A DNA stretch of 64,000 nt, from the NCBI RefSeq assembly GCF_021869535.1, contig NW_026262626.1, positions 35,216,001 through 35,280,000 on the forward strand, in the 5' to 3' direction. The notes under the pieces are model-generated. The model saw only the letters and a list, made by a program, of their open reading frames with translations. It was not told the origin of the DNA and ran no database searches. Position numbers and translations under genes: made by a program. Shown in pieces: positions 1-11,140 of this stretch; position 1 is the first letter of the stretch; each line of letters begins with the position of its first letter. This DNA is from Mytilus californianus. Taxonomy: Eukaryota.

Positions 1-20
1 AAGAAACAATCTCAGGGTTA

Positions 21-1683
21 GGCCAGGGAAAAATGATTGTTGGTTTCTCCTAATTATATATATAACATTGGAAAATTTGCATGGCCCAGCAGGCAGGAGT
101 TTTTTTGTTTTGTTTTTTTGTGTATCAAATAGTGTTGCTATAGACTGCGTTTATGACAAATGTTTATTTACTTGGATATCAGAATTCAAACCAAATTTTG
201 AAGCATTAGACAAAAGTAAACTTGAAAAAACACAAAACTCCATATTTAAAAACATACTTGGGGTTCATGGAAAGTCTTCCAATCTAGCAGTGCGGTGTGA
301 ATTGGGTACATTACCTATTAGCAATAACATTAGATGTTATCAACTTATGTATATATGTGCATCTCAGTGATATTGGTGAACGGTCTGTTGGTCCACATGA
401 AATTCTCAAGGCTGCTTTTGAAGTGGACAAAACTCTAAATTATCTGAATTATCAAAATATATTGGTATATCCTTAAACAAGCATTGTAATATTAATTTCA
501 AACAGAAACTAGAAGATTTCTACAAAAACAAAATTATATTAATTTGAACTATCTAAAATAAAAGATGGAAACTGTGGTAAACTTTTATTCTGTAGTAAAA
601 TTTATACTAAATTTAAACAACAAGAATATTTAAACTTTAATGTTCCTAAATATCTTAGAAAAAAACTCACCAAATTAAGAATAAGTGCACACTCATTAGC
701 AATAGAAACTGGTAGGTATGCAAGACCAATAATATCCTTTAATGAGAGATTTTGTAAATTTTGAACAGGACGAATTGAAAATGAGATACATTTCTTGATT
801 GAATGTCCTCAATATAACAAAATTAGATCTAAATATAAAATCAATGAAATAAATTCAAATAATTTGAATGAAAATTTTATCAAAATTTTAAATCCCAATT
901 CTGAAAAAGAACTTAAATCAATTTGTATGTATATTGAAGAAGCTCTTGATTTGAGAGACCACCATACTGTTTCATCGGATAATAATCCTTTATAGCCACT
1001 TGTGCATATACACATATATCTTATATAGGTGATTGTGTTTTTAGGTAAAATTATGAAAACTTAGAATAATCATGCTGTATATGTGTATGGTATCATTAAG
1101 AATTCTGAATGCTATGGTATCCATAGACTATATCTAGAATTGACTTATGACTTCTTGTTACATTGATCTTTATTTCATTTATAGCAGATATTGTTGAATA
1201 TATTATTGTCTGTATTTGGATCACGCCTCTATTGTGCTCTTTCCAATAAAATATTGAATTGAATTGAATTGAATTACTTGACAACTGGTATTAAACTTAG
1301 GTGACTTTGATAACATAAAGAACTGGTGTCCATGTATTCAATCTTGATAGAATATTCGTGCTTGGTGCCAAGTTGACCGTTTTGAGGATCTAAACAACAG
1401 GGGAGCGAAACGCTTTAAATCATTGTTATTTATCCTATCAGTTAAGCGCTTCAGTGATCTAGAAGCTAAGTCAGAAAAAAATTACCTTGACATTGTTATG
1501 CTTCTAAACAACAAAACTGAAACGTATATGAAAAAATATTTGTCAACAATGCTGGATCGGAATTAGACACCTAGACACAGTCTTTTTTTTTTTTTTCAAT
1601 TCAGTCGAAAAAAATAAATGACCCGGCAGTTTAAAGTAGACCCGGTCAGGTTAAGGGAAACCAACAATTATTTTTCCCTGGCC
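21..1683. mobile_element. Non-autonomous TIR element (PIF/Harbinger-like) containing a nested LINE fragment
   Basis: 27-bp TIRs (21-47 vs 1657-1683, 26/27 identical, GGCCAGGG termini); TTA on both sides (18-20, 1684-1686). A 3-bp TTA/TAA TSD is typical of PIF/Harbinger. Confidence 0.75.
125..1275 (+). mobile_element. 5'-truncated, decayed LINE ORF2 3' end with tail
   Basis: Broken frames give KNILGVHGKSSNLAVRCELGTLP and KLRISAHSLAIETGRY...FCKF...IENEIHFLIECPQY (post-RT region and Cys/His motif); ends in AATAAA (1245-1250) plus an (AATTG)n tail. Confidence 0.8.
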
Positions 1684-2010
1684 TTACAGATTCTTTATTT
1701 ATTACCCTGTGATAACAATACATTATATTAATGGATGTAATCTAATAAAATAACTATATAGCTTTAAAATATTATGTTAACAATTATGAACAAGGGAACT
1801 GTGGTATGGTTAAACATATTTGAAGGCATCAACCCTCCCATAACCTGGGACAGTGGTGTAGCAGTACAACATCAGAACAAACTATAAAAATCAGTTGAAA
1901 AGGGCTTAACTCATCAGATTGATACAAAGCAGAAAAACTAACAAAACATGTATGTTGTAATGTTGATCATTTATAATTTCTAACTAAGTATCAGATTCTG
2001 CCTATTTCAG

Positions 2011-2204
2011 AGATACATACAAAATGAAGACTTGTCATCACTATGCAAGGAAGGCTTAGTAGAACTCTATTATAGATATGTTTTACCACTTCCTCAGAGG
2101 AAATATCGTATGAACAGACGGGGACGGGAGATGACCAAGAAACAGGTGATAATGGCAAAGAAGAGAAAGATGGCAATTAAAGATGATAATGAACCACCAA
2201 AAAA
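2011..2204 (+). CDS. C2orf49: Ashwin internal exon
   Basis: tttcag acceptor, gtaagt donor; RYIQNEDL...PLPQRKY...EPPK. Confidence 0.9.
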
Positions 2205-5200
2205 GTAAGTATAATCATTTTGTACATATATTTGTAAAAAGAGATATTTGTTTACAATCATACTTTTTTGTCCCCCGCATGAGGCGTTGCTGGGGACATA
2301 GAAATACTTGGCATCCGTCTGTTTGTCTGGTCTTGTTAGCGCTCTAACGGATACAATTCTTGCCAGATTTTTATTAAACTTATATCTTAGGTTAATATAA
2401 GCAATGTCTCAAACAGTTTCGAAAATCAGTGCCAATCAACTATTTTTAAAAGAGTCATGCCCTTGGAAATATTAATTATATGGAAAATTGCATTGTGAGT
2501 GCTCTCGTGTACAATTCTTGCCAGATTTTTATGAAACATATATCATAGGTTTATATCAGCTCTGTTTCAGACAAATTTGAAAAATCAGTGCCTATCAACT
2601 ATTTTTAAAAGCATTGATCCCTTTGGAAATATTAATTATATTGAAAATTGCATTGTGCAATTTTTGCCAGATTTTTTTATCAGATTTATATAAACGGTTT
2701 ATTCTAGCAATGTCTCAGATAATTTTGAAAATCAGTGCTTTTCAAATATTTTTTAAGAGTTATGCCCCTTGGTAATACATCAGAAATTGCATTGCACTTG
2801 CTCTCAAGCCTTCATTTCTGTAAGATCTTTATAAAAAATTTTAAAGAACAAAAAAAAAGTTTTGCCCTTGGACAGATCAAATATGTGCAATGCGGGGGGA
2901 CATTGGAACTCTGTTCTTTTATTGAGATAGATATTTAATGTTGCAGTTTCTAATATTTGTCTGTAATTATTCTGTTTCCAGGAAATCATCTGTTGATTCG
3001 AATTCAAGATTTATTTCATCCTACAATATTTCATCTGCTGCTAGTGATCGACTGAAGCCTCCTCCATCTTGTATAGACTTTACCAAGAAGAAAATTTCAT
3101 TATGTTCTAAGAACAAAACTGAGCAGAGTTTAACAGCAAAGCTTGAGAAAACTAATTTAAATAATGAAAGCAAAGATACACAAACATTACGAAAGAAAAT
3201 TATAAAAATTACATTAAATTCATCGTCAACAGAGAATGACAAAATTGTATCACCTGACATGCCAAAGAAAATTAAACTCAACTCATCAACTTGTAGTGAC
3301 ATAAATGAAGAAAATCAGAAATTGAAGAAAATTAAATTGAATTCACCAACTTCTCCAAATAAAGTAGCAAGTTTTCAGTCATCTGTCAGTCTTATCAACA
3401 AACATTTGGGTGGAAAAACAGACCTAAACAGTAAAGAAGAGCAGACTACAGTCAACAATAAATCAGAAAATACAAAGGTATAATGTACAGCCTATTACTA
3501 CAAAGTTATTCAATATTGTAAACAAATAAACATAGATAAGTATGAAAGGAGGAGAGTCACTCAACCCAAAATTGTTTACTGTCCAGCGGAAAATTAAATG
3601 CATATTCAGGACAAGAACATGTTAACGGAATTTGAATATTGACCCTGCTTTTTATTAGACCTACATCCTTAGCCAGATTTTTAATGTGCTAGTTCACAAG
3701 GTAACAGTCTGAAGGAAGACAGGTCACCCTACCCAGACATATTATTCTGATTAAGAGCTAACCAGTCTTTGCTCTTACTTCTTAATGCCTCATGCTTAGT
3801 AGAGAAGCAGCAAATACCTATTTTAAAGTCTTCCCACACTTGAGTCTAAAATGAGACCACCGAGGCAGTTTTAAGAAAAAGATATGATAAGGGTTCCTCC
3901 TTTTATGCCTTTATAATTTTAGGTTTGATTCAATACTGTACATATAAAGATCACTGAATAAAATGGAAAAATTAAGCATTTTACCACAAAGATATAAAAA
4001 AGATTTTATTATGTATAGCTCTTTTGCAACTCCTAACCTTCAAAATATGTAATTTGGAAGTACCCTATTCTTCCACTGAGCGGCAAAAACTTTTCATTAT
4101 TTTACCAATTTTGTGGTAATTTGGTTTCTTAAGATCAAGAAACAGTAAATGAGCTATGTCACAGATTTTGCTAAAAATTTTCATACAACCTTGGCTCGTT
4201 GAACTATAAATGAAAATCGAAAAAATAATGCATTTATCTCTTTTAATTTATTATCTGAAATTTTACTGATTGGACTTTTTCAAAATAGGTGAACATTTGT
4301 ATAGAAAGCAAATAAAATTGGCAAAAAACCTTCTTAAATTTGTTTAAAATCGTCAAATCTCTAATTTCTAATAAATAGATTTTTCTTCAAAAAACTATAT
4401 GTTGCTGGTATGAAAATTTCCGTTTTAATGATATAAAATAATCATATGGTCACCGACTTTTGACCTGCATATTTTTTAATTGGTGAAATTTATGCCCAAG
4501 GTCATTTCTTGGATTTTTATTGTTTACCATCATAATTCATTTTATAAGAACACCTCACATATAACTAAGGGAAGACTGTAAATTAAAAAGATTTTTTTTG
4601 TATTTGTTTTACAAGTGCATAACTGATAAGCTTCACATAATAAACATTTATATTTTACATTTTATTTGCAGCATTTATTTAGATACTGCATTTATTAATT
4701 TGTCCTTTGCTTAACTATGGAATTTATAAATGTATTAAGTAGTTTGTAAATGTATATAGTAGATCACTTATACCTGCAATTTCTGTTTCATTAACTTTTC
4801 TATGTCTCAGTTGAGTTTTTGTCTCACCTGCTTCATACCTTGAATACAGATACCTTATGTTACAAAGTTTTCATCTGTCATATGTCCATTGTCATTGACC
4901 TCATATTCATGGTTCAGTGCCTGCTTGAAAAAAACAGTTTTTTTTGTTAAGTGAAATACTCACTTATTATGAGTAATAGGATAACTGTATTTGGTGTATG
5001 GGTTTCTTGCAACGTCAACATGTCTGTCAGATAGGGTTCACCTTATCTCAACCTCATTTCATGGATCAGTGAGGGGTCAAATCTGTATCTCAAATACTAT
5101 AAGCATTAGGACAACTATATTTGATGTATGGAATGATTGTAAGGTGAACATGTCCTGATGATGTCCAACTGGTAGGTTTCATCTGCCCTTGACTTCAATT

Positions 5201-5857
5201 TTACGGATTATTGGACAATGTTTGGTTTGTGTGGTTTGGTCTGTTTGTTTCTCAGATACTATAAGTAATAGGGACACTATATTTGGTGTAAAGAATGATT
5301 ATAAAGTGTACATGTCCGTCTGGCAGGTTTCACCTGACCTTGACCACTTTTTCGTGGTTCATTAGACAATGTTAAGATTTTGTGGTTTGATCTATTTTTG
5401 AGGTACTATTAGCGATAGGACCACTGTATTTTGTGTATGGAATGGTTGTAAGGTGTACAAGTCTGTCTGGCATTGTTCATATGACCATGACCTCATATTC
5501 ATAGATCATTGATAATGTTAAGTTTATGTGATACTTGCAGTAAAACACATGTTTAACCTTCAAATTACAGACTTTCAACATAAGTTCAATGATAAGTAAA
5601 ACAGGCGAAACAATTCAGCATGTGCACTCCTGTTGGATATTAAAAGTGTGTTTTAATTGTCATCCTCTTACAAGTTGAAGGTAAAATGGAGTAAATGTGT
5701 TGAGACAGTAACCTAGCTGCTTTTGTCAATAGAAACAACAATTTCTGTATTTTTTCATTAAGCATATATTCATGATATTGTATCATTTCAGCCAATTCCA
5801 TCAACAGAAGAATCAGCAAAGAAGAAGTCTAAGATAAGCAGAGTTTCATGGCCATAA
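2011..5857 (+). CDS. C2orf49: Ashwin (C2orf49 ortholog; tRNA-splicing ligase complex subunit), 5'-partial; join(2011-2204,2982-3477,5792-5857)
   Basis: Spliced product (251 aa in window) contains LVELYYRYVLPLPQRKY, DRLKPPP and C-terminal KSKISRVSWP*, matching human Ashwin LTDLYVQHAIPLPQRDL, DRLKPPP and KRKIQHVTWP* as recalled. All junctions GT-AG with matching phases. Confidence 0.9.
2264..2915 (-). mobile_element. HINE/pearl-like non-autonomous element with about 3 tandem cores of ~150-160 bp, in an Ashwin intron
   Basis: Subterminal IR TGTCCCCCGCAT (2269-2280) vs ATGCGGGGGGACA (2890-2902); terminal hairpin TGTCCCC..GGGGACA; (GTCT)-like microsatellite; repeated AAAATCAGTGC cores. Confidence 0.75.
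2982..3477 (+). CDS. C2orf49: Ashwin internal exon (low-complexity K/S/N-rich)
   Basis: ttccag acceptor in phase 2; contains DRLKPPP; donor aag|gtataa. Confidence 0.85.
3595..3835 (-). mobile_element. Partial tRNA-SINE (same family as 15620-15945)
   Basis: Reverse complement matches the TATTTGCTGCTTCTC..CTAAGCA..GAGTAAGAG.AAAGACTGGTT core of the 15620 copy. Confidence 0.7.
4816..5634 (-). mobile_element. Older diverged copy of the 147-bp-core HINE-like family
   Basis: Cores and end (..CAGCATGTGCACTCCTGTT) similar to 8520-9762. Confidence 0.75.
5792..5857 (+). CDS. C2orf49: Ashwin last coding exon
   Basis: tttcag acceptor; PIPSTEESAKKKSKISRVSWP*. Confidence 0.9.
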   Translation, partial: PIPSTEESAKKKSKISRVSWP

Positions 5858-6597
5858 CAACTTATATTTTAAGCATAAATATAGAAACTTACACATTATA
5901 GATGGGTTCAAGGTTATGTAGTACTTATTTTTTTCCATTTGGTTGTTGTACTTGGTAAATAGGTTATTATAAAGCAAAGGACACATTTGGAAGAATATAA
6001 ATGAATTTCATTACTTATGGAGTGATGTTCTCTTTAAGCAACTTACTTAAAATTAACATTAATATGTGAAACATAAATCAAGATAAACCAAGAAGCCGCT
6101 TGTTTTATCTTTTTACATGCAGAACAAATGTTTTATACAAAACTATTGACAAGTTTCCCAAAGTACTTACTTAAATAAAAACTTGCCTAAACAAATGTGT
6201 TAAATAAAGCTTAATATGAAATTGAAGGTTTACTGAGGAATAGATGACCATTTTCATCATGTTCATCTTTGATGATATACAGTCCTTTTTCAGTTTTCAA
6301 TTTTAAGCATTTTTAATTTGCATTTAAATCAACTTTGTATTTTCATCATGTTTTTGACAGTCAGATTATTATATATATGGTAATTCTAGTATCCTGCTTA
6401 CTCATTTCAAATAATGAGTATTGACTCTCTGAATATATGTCTTCATACTTTTAAATAAAAGGGGTTAGCACTACACTATCAATGACAAAATCTGAAAACT
6501 GTTTGTGTTTAAAAATACAATGATTTGTCACAAAAAACATATATATTGGACTCCCCTTCTTTGTTTTAACATCATAAATATCACTACTCCAAAGTAG

Positions 6598-6845
6598 AAG
6601 ATAAAATTGAGAATAGAAATGAGGAATATGTCAAAGAGACAACAACCCGACCAAAGAGCAGACAACAGCCGAAGGCCACCAATGGGTCTTCAATGCAACA
6701 AGAAAATCCCGCACCCGGAGGTGGTCCTCAGCTGGCCCCTAAATAAAATTGTGTACTAGTTCAGTGAAAATAGACGTCACACCAAACTCCAAAACACACA
6801 AATGAACTAATATTAAAAAACATACAAGACTAACAAAGGCCAGAG
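6598..6845. repeat. Interspersed repeat, unclassified; related copies at 21899-22017, 25320-25852, 43111-43273
   Basis: Highly similar to 25320 onward (GTCAAAGAGACAACAAC..GACCAAAGAGCAGACAACAGCCGAAGGCCACC). Confidence 0.8.
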
Positions 6846-7732
6846 TATACACATGTATTGCAAAATATGAAAATAGGATTGCTGGGTTGATTCCACATTT
6901 ATTCATATTCCTTCTAACATGTCTAAAATGAACAAACAAACCATACATAATATAAATTTTACTACAAAATTGTTTGAAACTTATATTGTAATGAATTAAC
7001 CAAAATCAACTGAAATTGATTTATGTATTCTAAAACACATTCATGTTATGTTTGACACTTTGCATGGTCTTATTCTGGAGAGCTGATTCAGTATGATCAA
7101 TGGATTAAGTTGTACCAGCAGTTGACCTTTGACTTCTATTCATCGAACTATTATCAGCATCCTCCATATTAGCTCCAGTGCTACTATTTGCAGTTTACTT
7201 GTGTGATAACTCTTGTATTTAAGAATAGAAATCAGCTTTTCATGTGGTCTGATGCTTCCAAATGTTTCTCTACCCCTCATCAATAGACTATGATAATGGT
7301 GATTCTGTATCACGAGAATCCTCAATTTTTTCTTACTTTTTTTTTTAGTATCTTCTATCATCTCTGGAACATGTTGGACTTCGATCATCCTTGCTGGTTT
7401 TTCCATAGTTCCACTATCCTCGTTGCAAGCTATTACAGGAAGTTGTTGTAAAAGTATTACCATACAATATCCTCATCTTTGATATCCTGTATATTAAGGA
7501 GATTAGCTGTTCATCTTATATTTGATCACATGCCTCATTTGGGTTAATATTAGTCACTATCTATCATGCATATAAAATATCTCTCCTATATACATTCTAA
7601 GTATTTTAAGTTCACAATGCAAATTTAAAGCATCCTCAGTGCTCACAAACACTTTGATTATTGTAAATTATTCTTAGATTGTTGAAGACTTTTCTTGATT
7701 GATGTCTTGAATCTTTTCATGGTATCATCTTG

Positions 7733-7964
7733 CTTAGCACCAGAGTTCATCCCCTTGGATGGTTCATGTTGTTCAAGCTTTAGTTTCATTCCTTAGCACC
7801 AGAGTTCATCCCTTCGGATGGTTCATGTTGTTCAATCTTTAGTTTCATTCCTTAACACCAGAGTTCATCCCCTCGGATGGTTCATGTTGTTCTATCTTTA
7901 GTTTCATTCCTTAGCACCAGAGTTCATCCCCTCGGATGGTTCATGTTGTTCAATCTTTAGTTTC
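7733..7964. repeat. 59-bp tandem repeat, about 4 copies
   Basis: Unit CTTAGCACCAGAGTTCATCCCCTCGGATGGTTCATGTTGTTCAATCTTTAGTTTCATTC starting at 7733, 7792, 7851, 7910. Confidence 0.95.
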
Positions 7965-8519
7965 CTTGAAGTGATTTGTGGATTTGTCTTTTCGTCTTTA
8001 TTTTTCAAACATGGTGTTGTTTGTTCATCAACAATTTATGAAACCCAATTATTAAAACAAATCAAGTACCTAAAAATTATCTTGTTAAATAATCCTTGCT
8101 CATCATATTTTGTTTTTTGTAACTTTTCCTCGGTAATGAACAATTCAAATACGAGCTTTGTGTTGAAAATCGGAAACGAACTGTATTGAGATGTCTTAAC
8201 TCAAGGAGAATTTTAATTGTTGACATGTATGAGGACAAAAAAAAAACAGATTTTCTAGAAAAGTTTGTTTTTATTATTGCAAAAATGTGACAGGATAAGT
8301 AAACCAGAAATAAGAACTAGCCTTGTAAATTCTGTAAGCATTATTTCCTAAAATTGTATTTATTAACCTCACATTTTGTTTGTCTTTGACCATTTATAAA
8401 TTATATGCAGCATTATTTCTGAATCACAGTAATTTATTTTGTATTTGAGTATTTGTTTCATATTTTAACACATTTTCCTAAACTTGTAAACATTGGTTGA
8501 GGTTTATAAGGCAACATCA

Positions 8520-9762
8520 TTTTTGTCGAGCCTGCGACTTTTGTCGCAGAAAGCTCGACATAGGGATAGCGATCCGGCGGCGGCGGCGGCGGCGGCGGCG
8601 TTAGCTAACTTCTTAAAAGCTTTATATTTTAGAAGATGGAAGACCTGGATGCTTCATACTTTGTATATGGATGCCTCATGTTACGAAGTTTCCGTCAGTC
8701 ACATGTCCAATGTCCTTGACCTCATTTTCATGGTTCAGTGACTACTTGAAAAAAAAGTTCAGATTTTTTGTAATGTTAAATTCTCTCTTATTATAAGTAA
8801 TAGGATAACTATATTTGGTATGTGCGTACCTTGCAAGGTCCTCATGCCCGTCAGACAGTTTTCACTTGACCTCGACCTCATTTCATGGATCAGTGAACAA
8901 GGTTAAGTTTTCGTGGTCAAGTCCATATCTCAGATACTATAAGCAATAGGTCTAGTATATTGGGTGTATGGAAGGACTGTAAGGTGTACATGTCCAACTG
9001 GCAGGTGTCATCTGACCTTGACCTCATTTTCATGGTTCAGTGGTTATAGTTAAGTTTTTGTGTTTTGGTCTGTTTTTCTTATACTGTATGCAATAGGTCT
9101 GCTATATTTGGTGTATGGAATGATTGTAAGGTGTACATGTCTAGCTGGCAGGTGTCATCTGACCTTAACCTCATTTTCATGGTTCAGTGGTCAAAGTTAA
9201 GTTTTTGAGTTTTGGTCTTTTTTTCTAATACTGCATGCAATAGGTCAGCTATATTTGGTGTATGGAATGATTGTAAGGTGTACATGTCTAGCTGGCAGGT
9301 GTCATCTTACCTTGACCTCATTTTCATGGTTCAGTGGTCAAAGTTAAGTTTTTGAGTTTTGGTCTTTTTTTCTAATACTATAAGCAATAGGTCAACTATA
9401 TTTGTTGTATGGAAGAATTGTTAGCTGTACATGCCTGCCTAGCATGGTTCATCTGACCTTGACCTCATTTTCATGGTTCATTGGTCAATGTTAAGTTTTT
9501 GTGTTTTCGTCTGTTTTTCTTAAACTATAAGCAATAGGTCAACTATATTTGTTGTATGGAAGAATTGTTAGCTGTACATGTCTGCCTAGCATGGTTCATC
9601 TGACCTAGACCTCATTTTCATGGTTCATTGGTCAATGTTTAGTTTACTTGGTTAATGTTAAGTTTATGTGACAGTTGTAATAAAGCTTTATATTTAGGAC
9701 TATCAACATAATATCAATGATTAGTAAAGAAGGCGAGACATTTCAGCGTGTGCACTCTTGTT
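8520..9762 (-). mobile_element. HINE/pearl-like element with five 147-bp tandem cores
   Basis: Nested hairpin GTCGAGCCTGCGACTTTTGTCGCAGAAAGCTCGAC, (GGC)n tract, CAATAGGTC at 8944/9091/9238/9385/9532, end ..GTGTGCACTCTTGTT; near-identical inverted copy at 32311-33383. Confidence 0.9.
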
Positions 9763-10110
9763 ATGTCATTATTAAGATAAATATATATTTATATGTACAT
9801 ACAATGTCATTTTTGGCAAATGAAGTTATTTTGTGTGAGACACATAAAACAGTTAATATATGGTGCAGCATATTTTTATAAAATGAATAAATGAGATTTC
9901 AAACAAGATGACTATTTTGTTTTTTACTTTGTATACTATTGCCTTCTCTTATAGCAAAACTTTCTCATAAAATGATAGACCAGTTTGAAATTAAGTTAGC
10001 TTAAATCATTGATAGGTAGACTTCTTTTATTTTTTATGTGGTGATGACTTCAACAGTCCAACTTGGTGGTTCTTTTAATAATGGTTCCAATGTTAATAAA
10101 GGATGAATAT

Positions 10111-11140
10111 GAATTGTTTGGAATTAGTCCTTTCAGAATTGTTTTGGAATTAGTCCTTTCACAATTGTTTTGGAATTATTCCTTTCAGAATTGTTTTGGA
10201 ATTAGTCCTTTCAGAATTGCTTTGGAATTCTTTCAGAATTGTTTTGGAATTATTCCTTTCAGAATTGTTTTGGAATTAGTCCTTTCAGAATTGCTTTGGA
10301 ATTAGTCCTTTCAGAATTGCTTTGGAATTATTCCTTTCAGAATTGTTTTGGAATTAGTCCTTTCACAATTGTTTTGGAATTGGTCCTTTCACAATTGTTT
10401 TGGAATTAGTCCTTTCAGAATTGCTTTGGAATTCTTTCAGGATTGTTTTGATATAAGTCCTTTCAGAGTTGTTTTGGAATTAGTCCTTTCACAATTGTTT
10501 TGGAATTAGTCCTTTCACAATTGTTTTGGAATTAGTCCTTTCAGAATTGCTTTGGAATTCTTTCAGAATTGTTTTGGAATTAGTCCTTTCAGAATTGTTT
10601 TGGAATTAGTCCTTTCAGAATTGTTTTGGAATTAGTCCTTTCAGAATTGCTTTGGAATTCTTTCAGAATTGTTTTGGAATTAGTCCTTTCAGAATTGTTT
10701 TGGAATTAGTCCTTTCACAATTGTTTTGGAATTAGTCCTTTCAGAATTGTTTTGGAATTAGTCCTTTCACAATTGTTTTGGAATTAGTCCTTTCAGAATT
10801 GTTTTGGAATTAGTCCTTTCACAATTGTTTTGGAATTAGTCCTTTCACAATTGTTTTGGAATTAGTCCTTTCACAATTGTTTTGGAATTAGTCCTTTCAG
10901 GTTTGCTTTGGAATTCTTTTAGAATTGTTTTGGAATTATTCCTTTCAGAATTGTTTTGGAATTAGTCCTTTCAGAATTGTTTTGGAATTAGTCCTTTCAG
11001 AATTGCTTTGGAATTATTCCTTTCAGAATTGTTTTGGAATAAAGTCCTTTCAGAATTGTTTTGGAATAAGTCCTTTCAGAATTTTTTTGGAATTAGTCCT
11101 TTCAGAATTGTTTTGGAATTAAGTCCTTTCATAATTGTTT
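10111..11140. repeat. 26-bp minisatellite, about 40 units, with 22-bp variant units
   Basis: Unit TTTTGGAATTAGTCCTTTCAGAATTG, contiguous with no spacers. Confidence 0.97.

Noticed and set aside
8493-8741. Two near-identical poly-Ala ORFs (also 33156-33395) that look like a duplicated small gene
   Set aside because: Both lie in the terminal module of the same repeat family; poly-Ala comes from the GCC microsatellite.
10111-11140. CRISPR-like array and the ORFs 10063-10305 and 10925-11122
   Set aside because: Units are contiguous with no unique spacers, there are no cas genes, and the context is eukaryotic; the ORFs are translations of the repeat.
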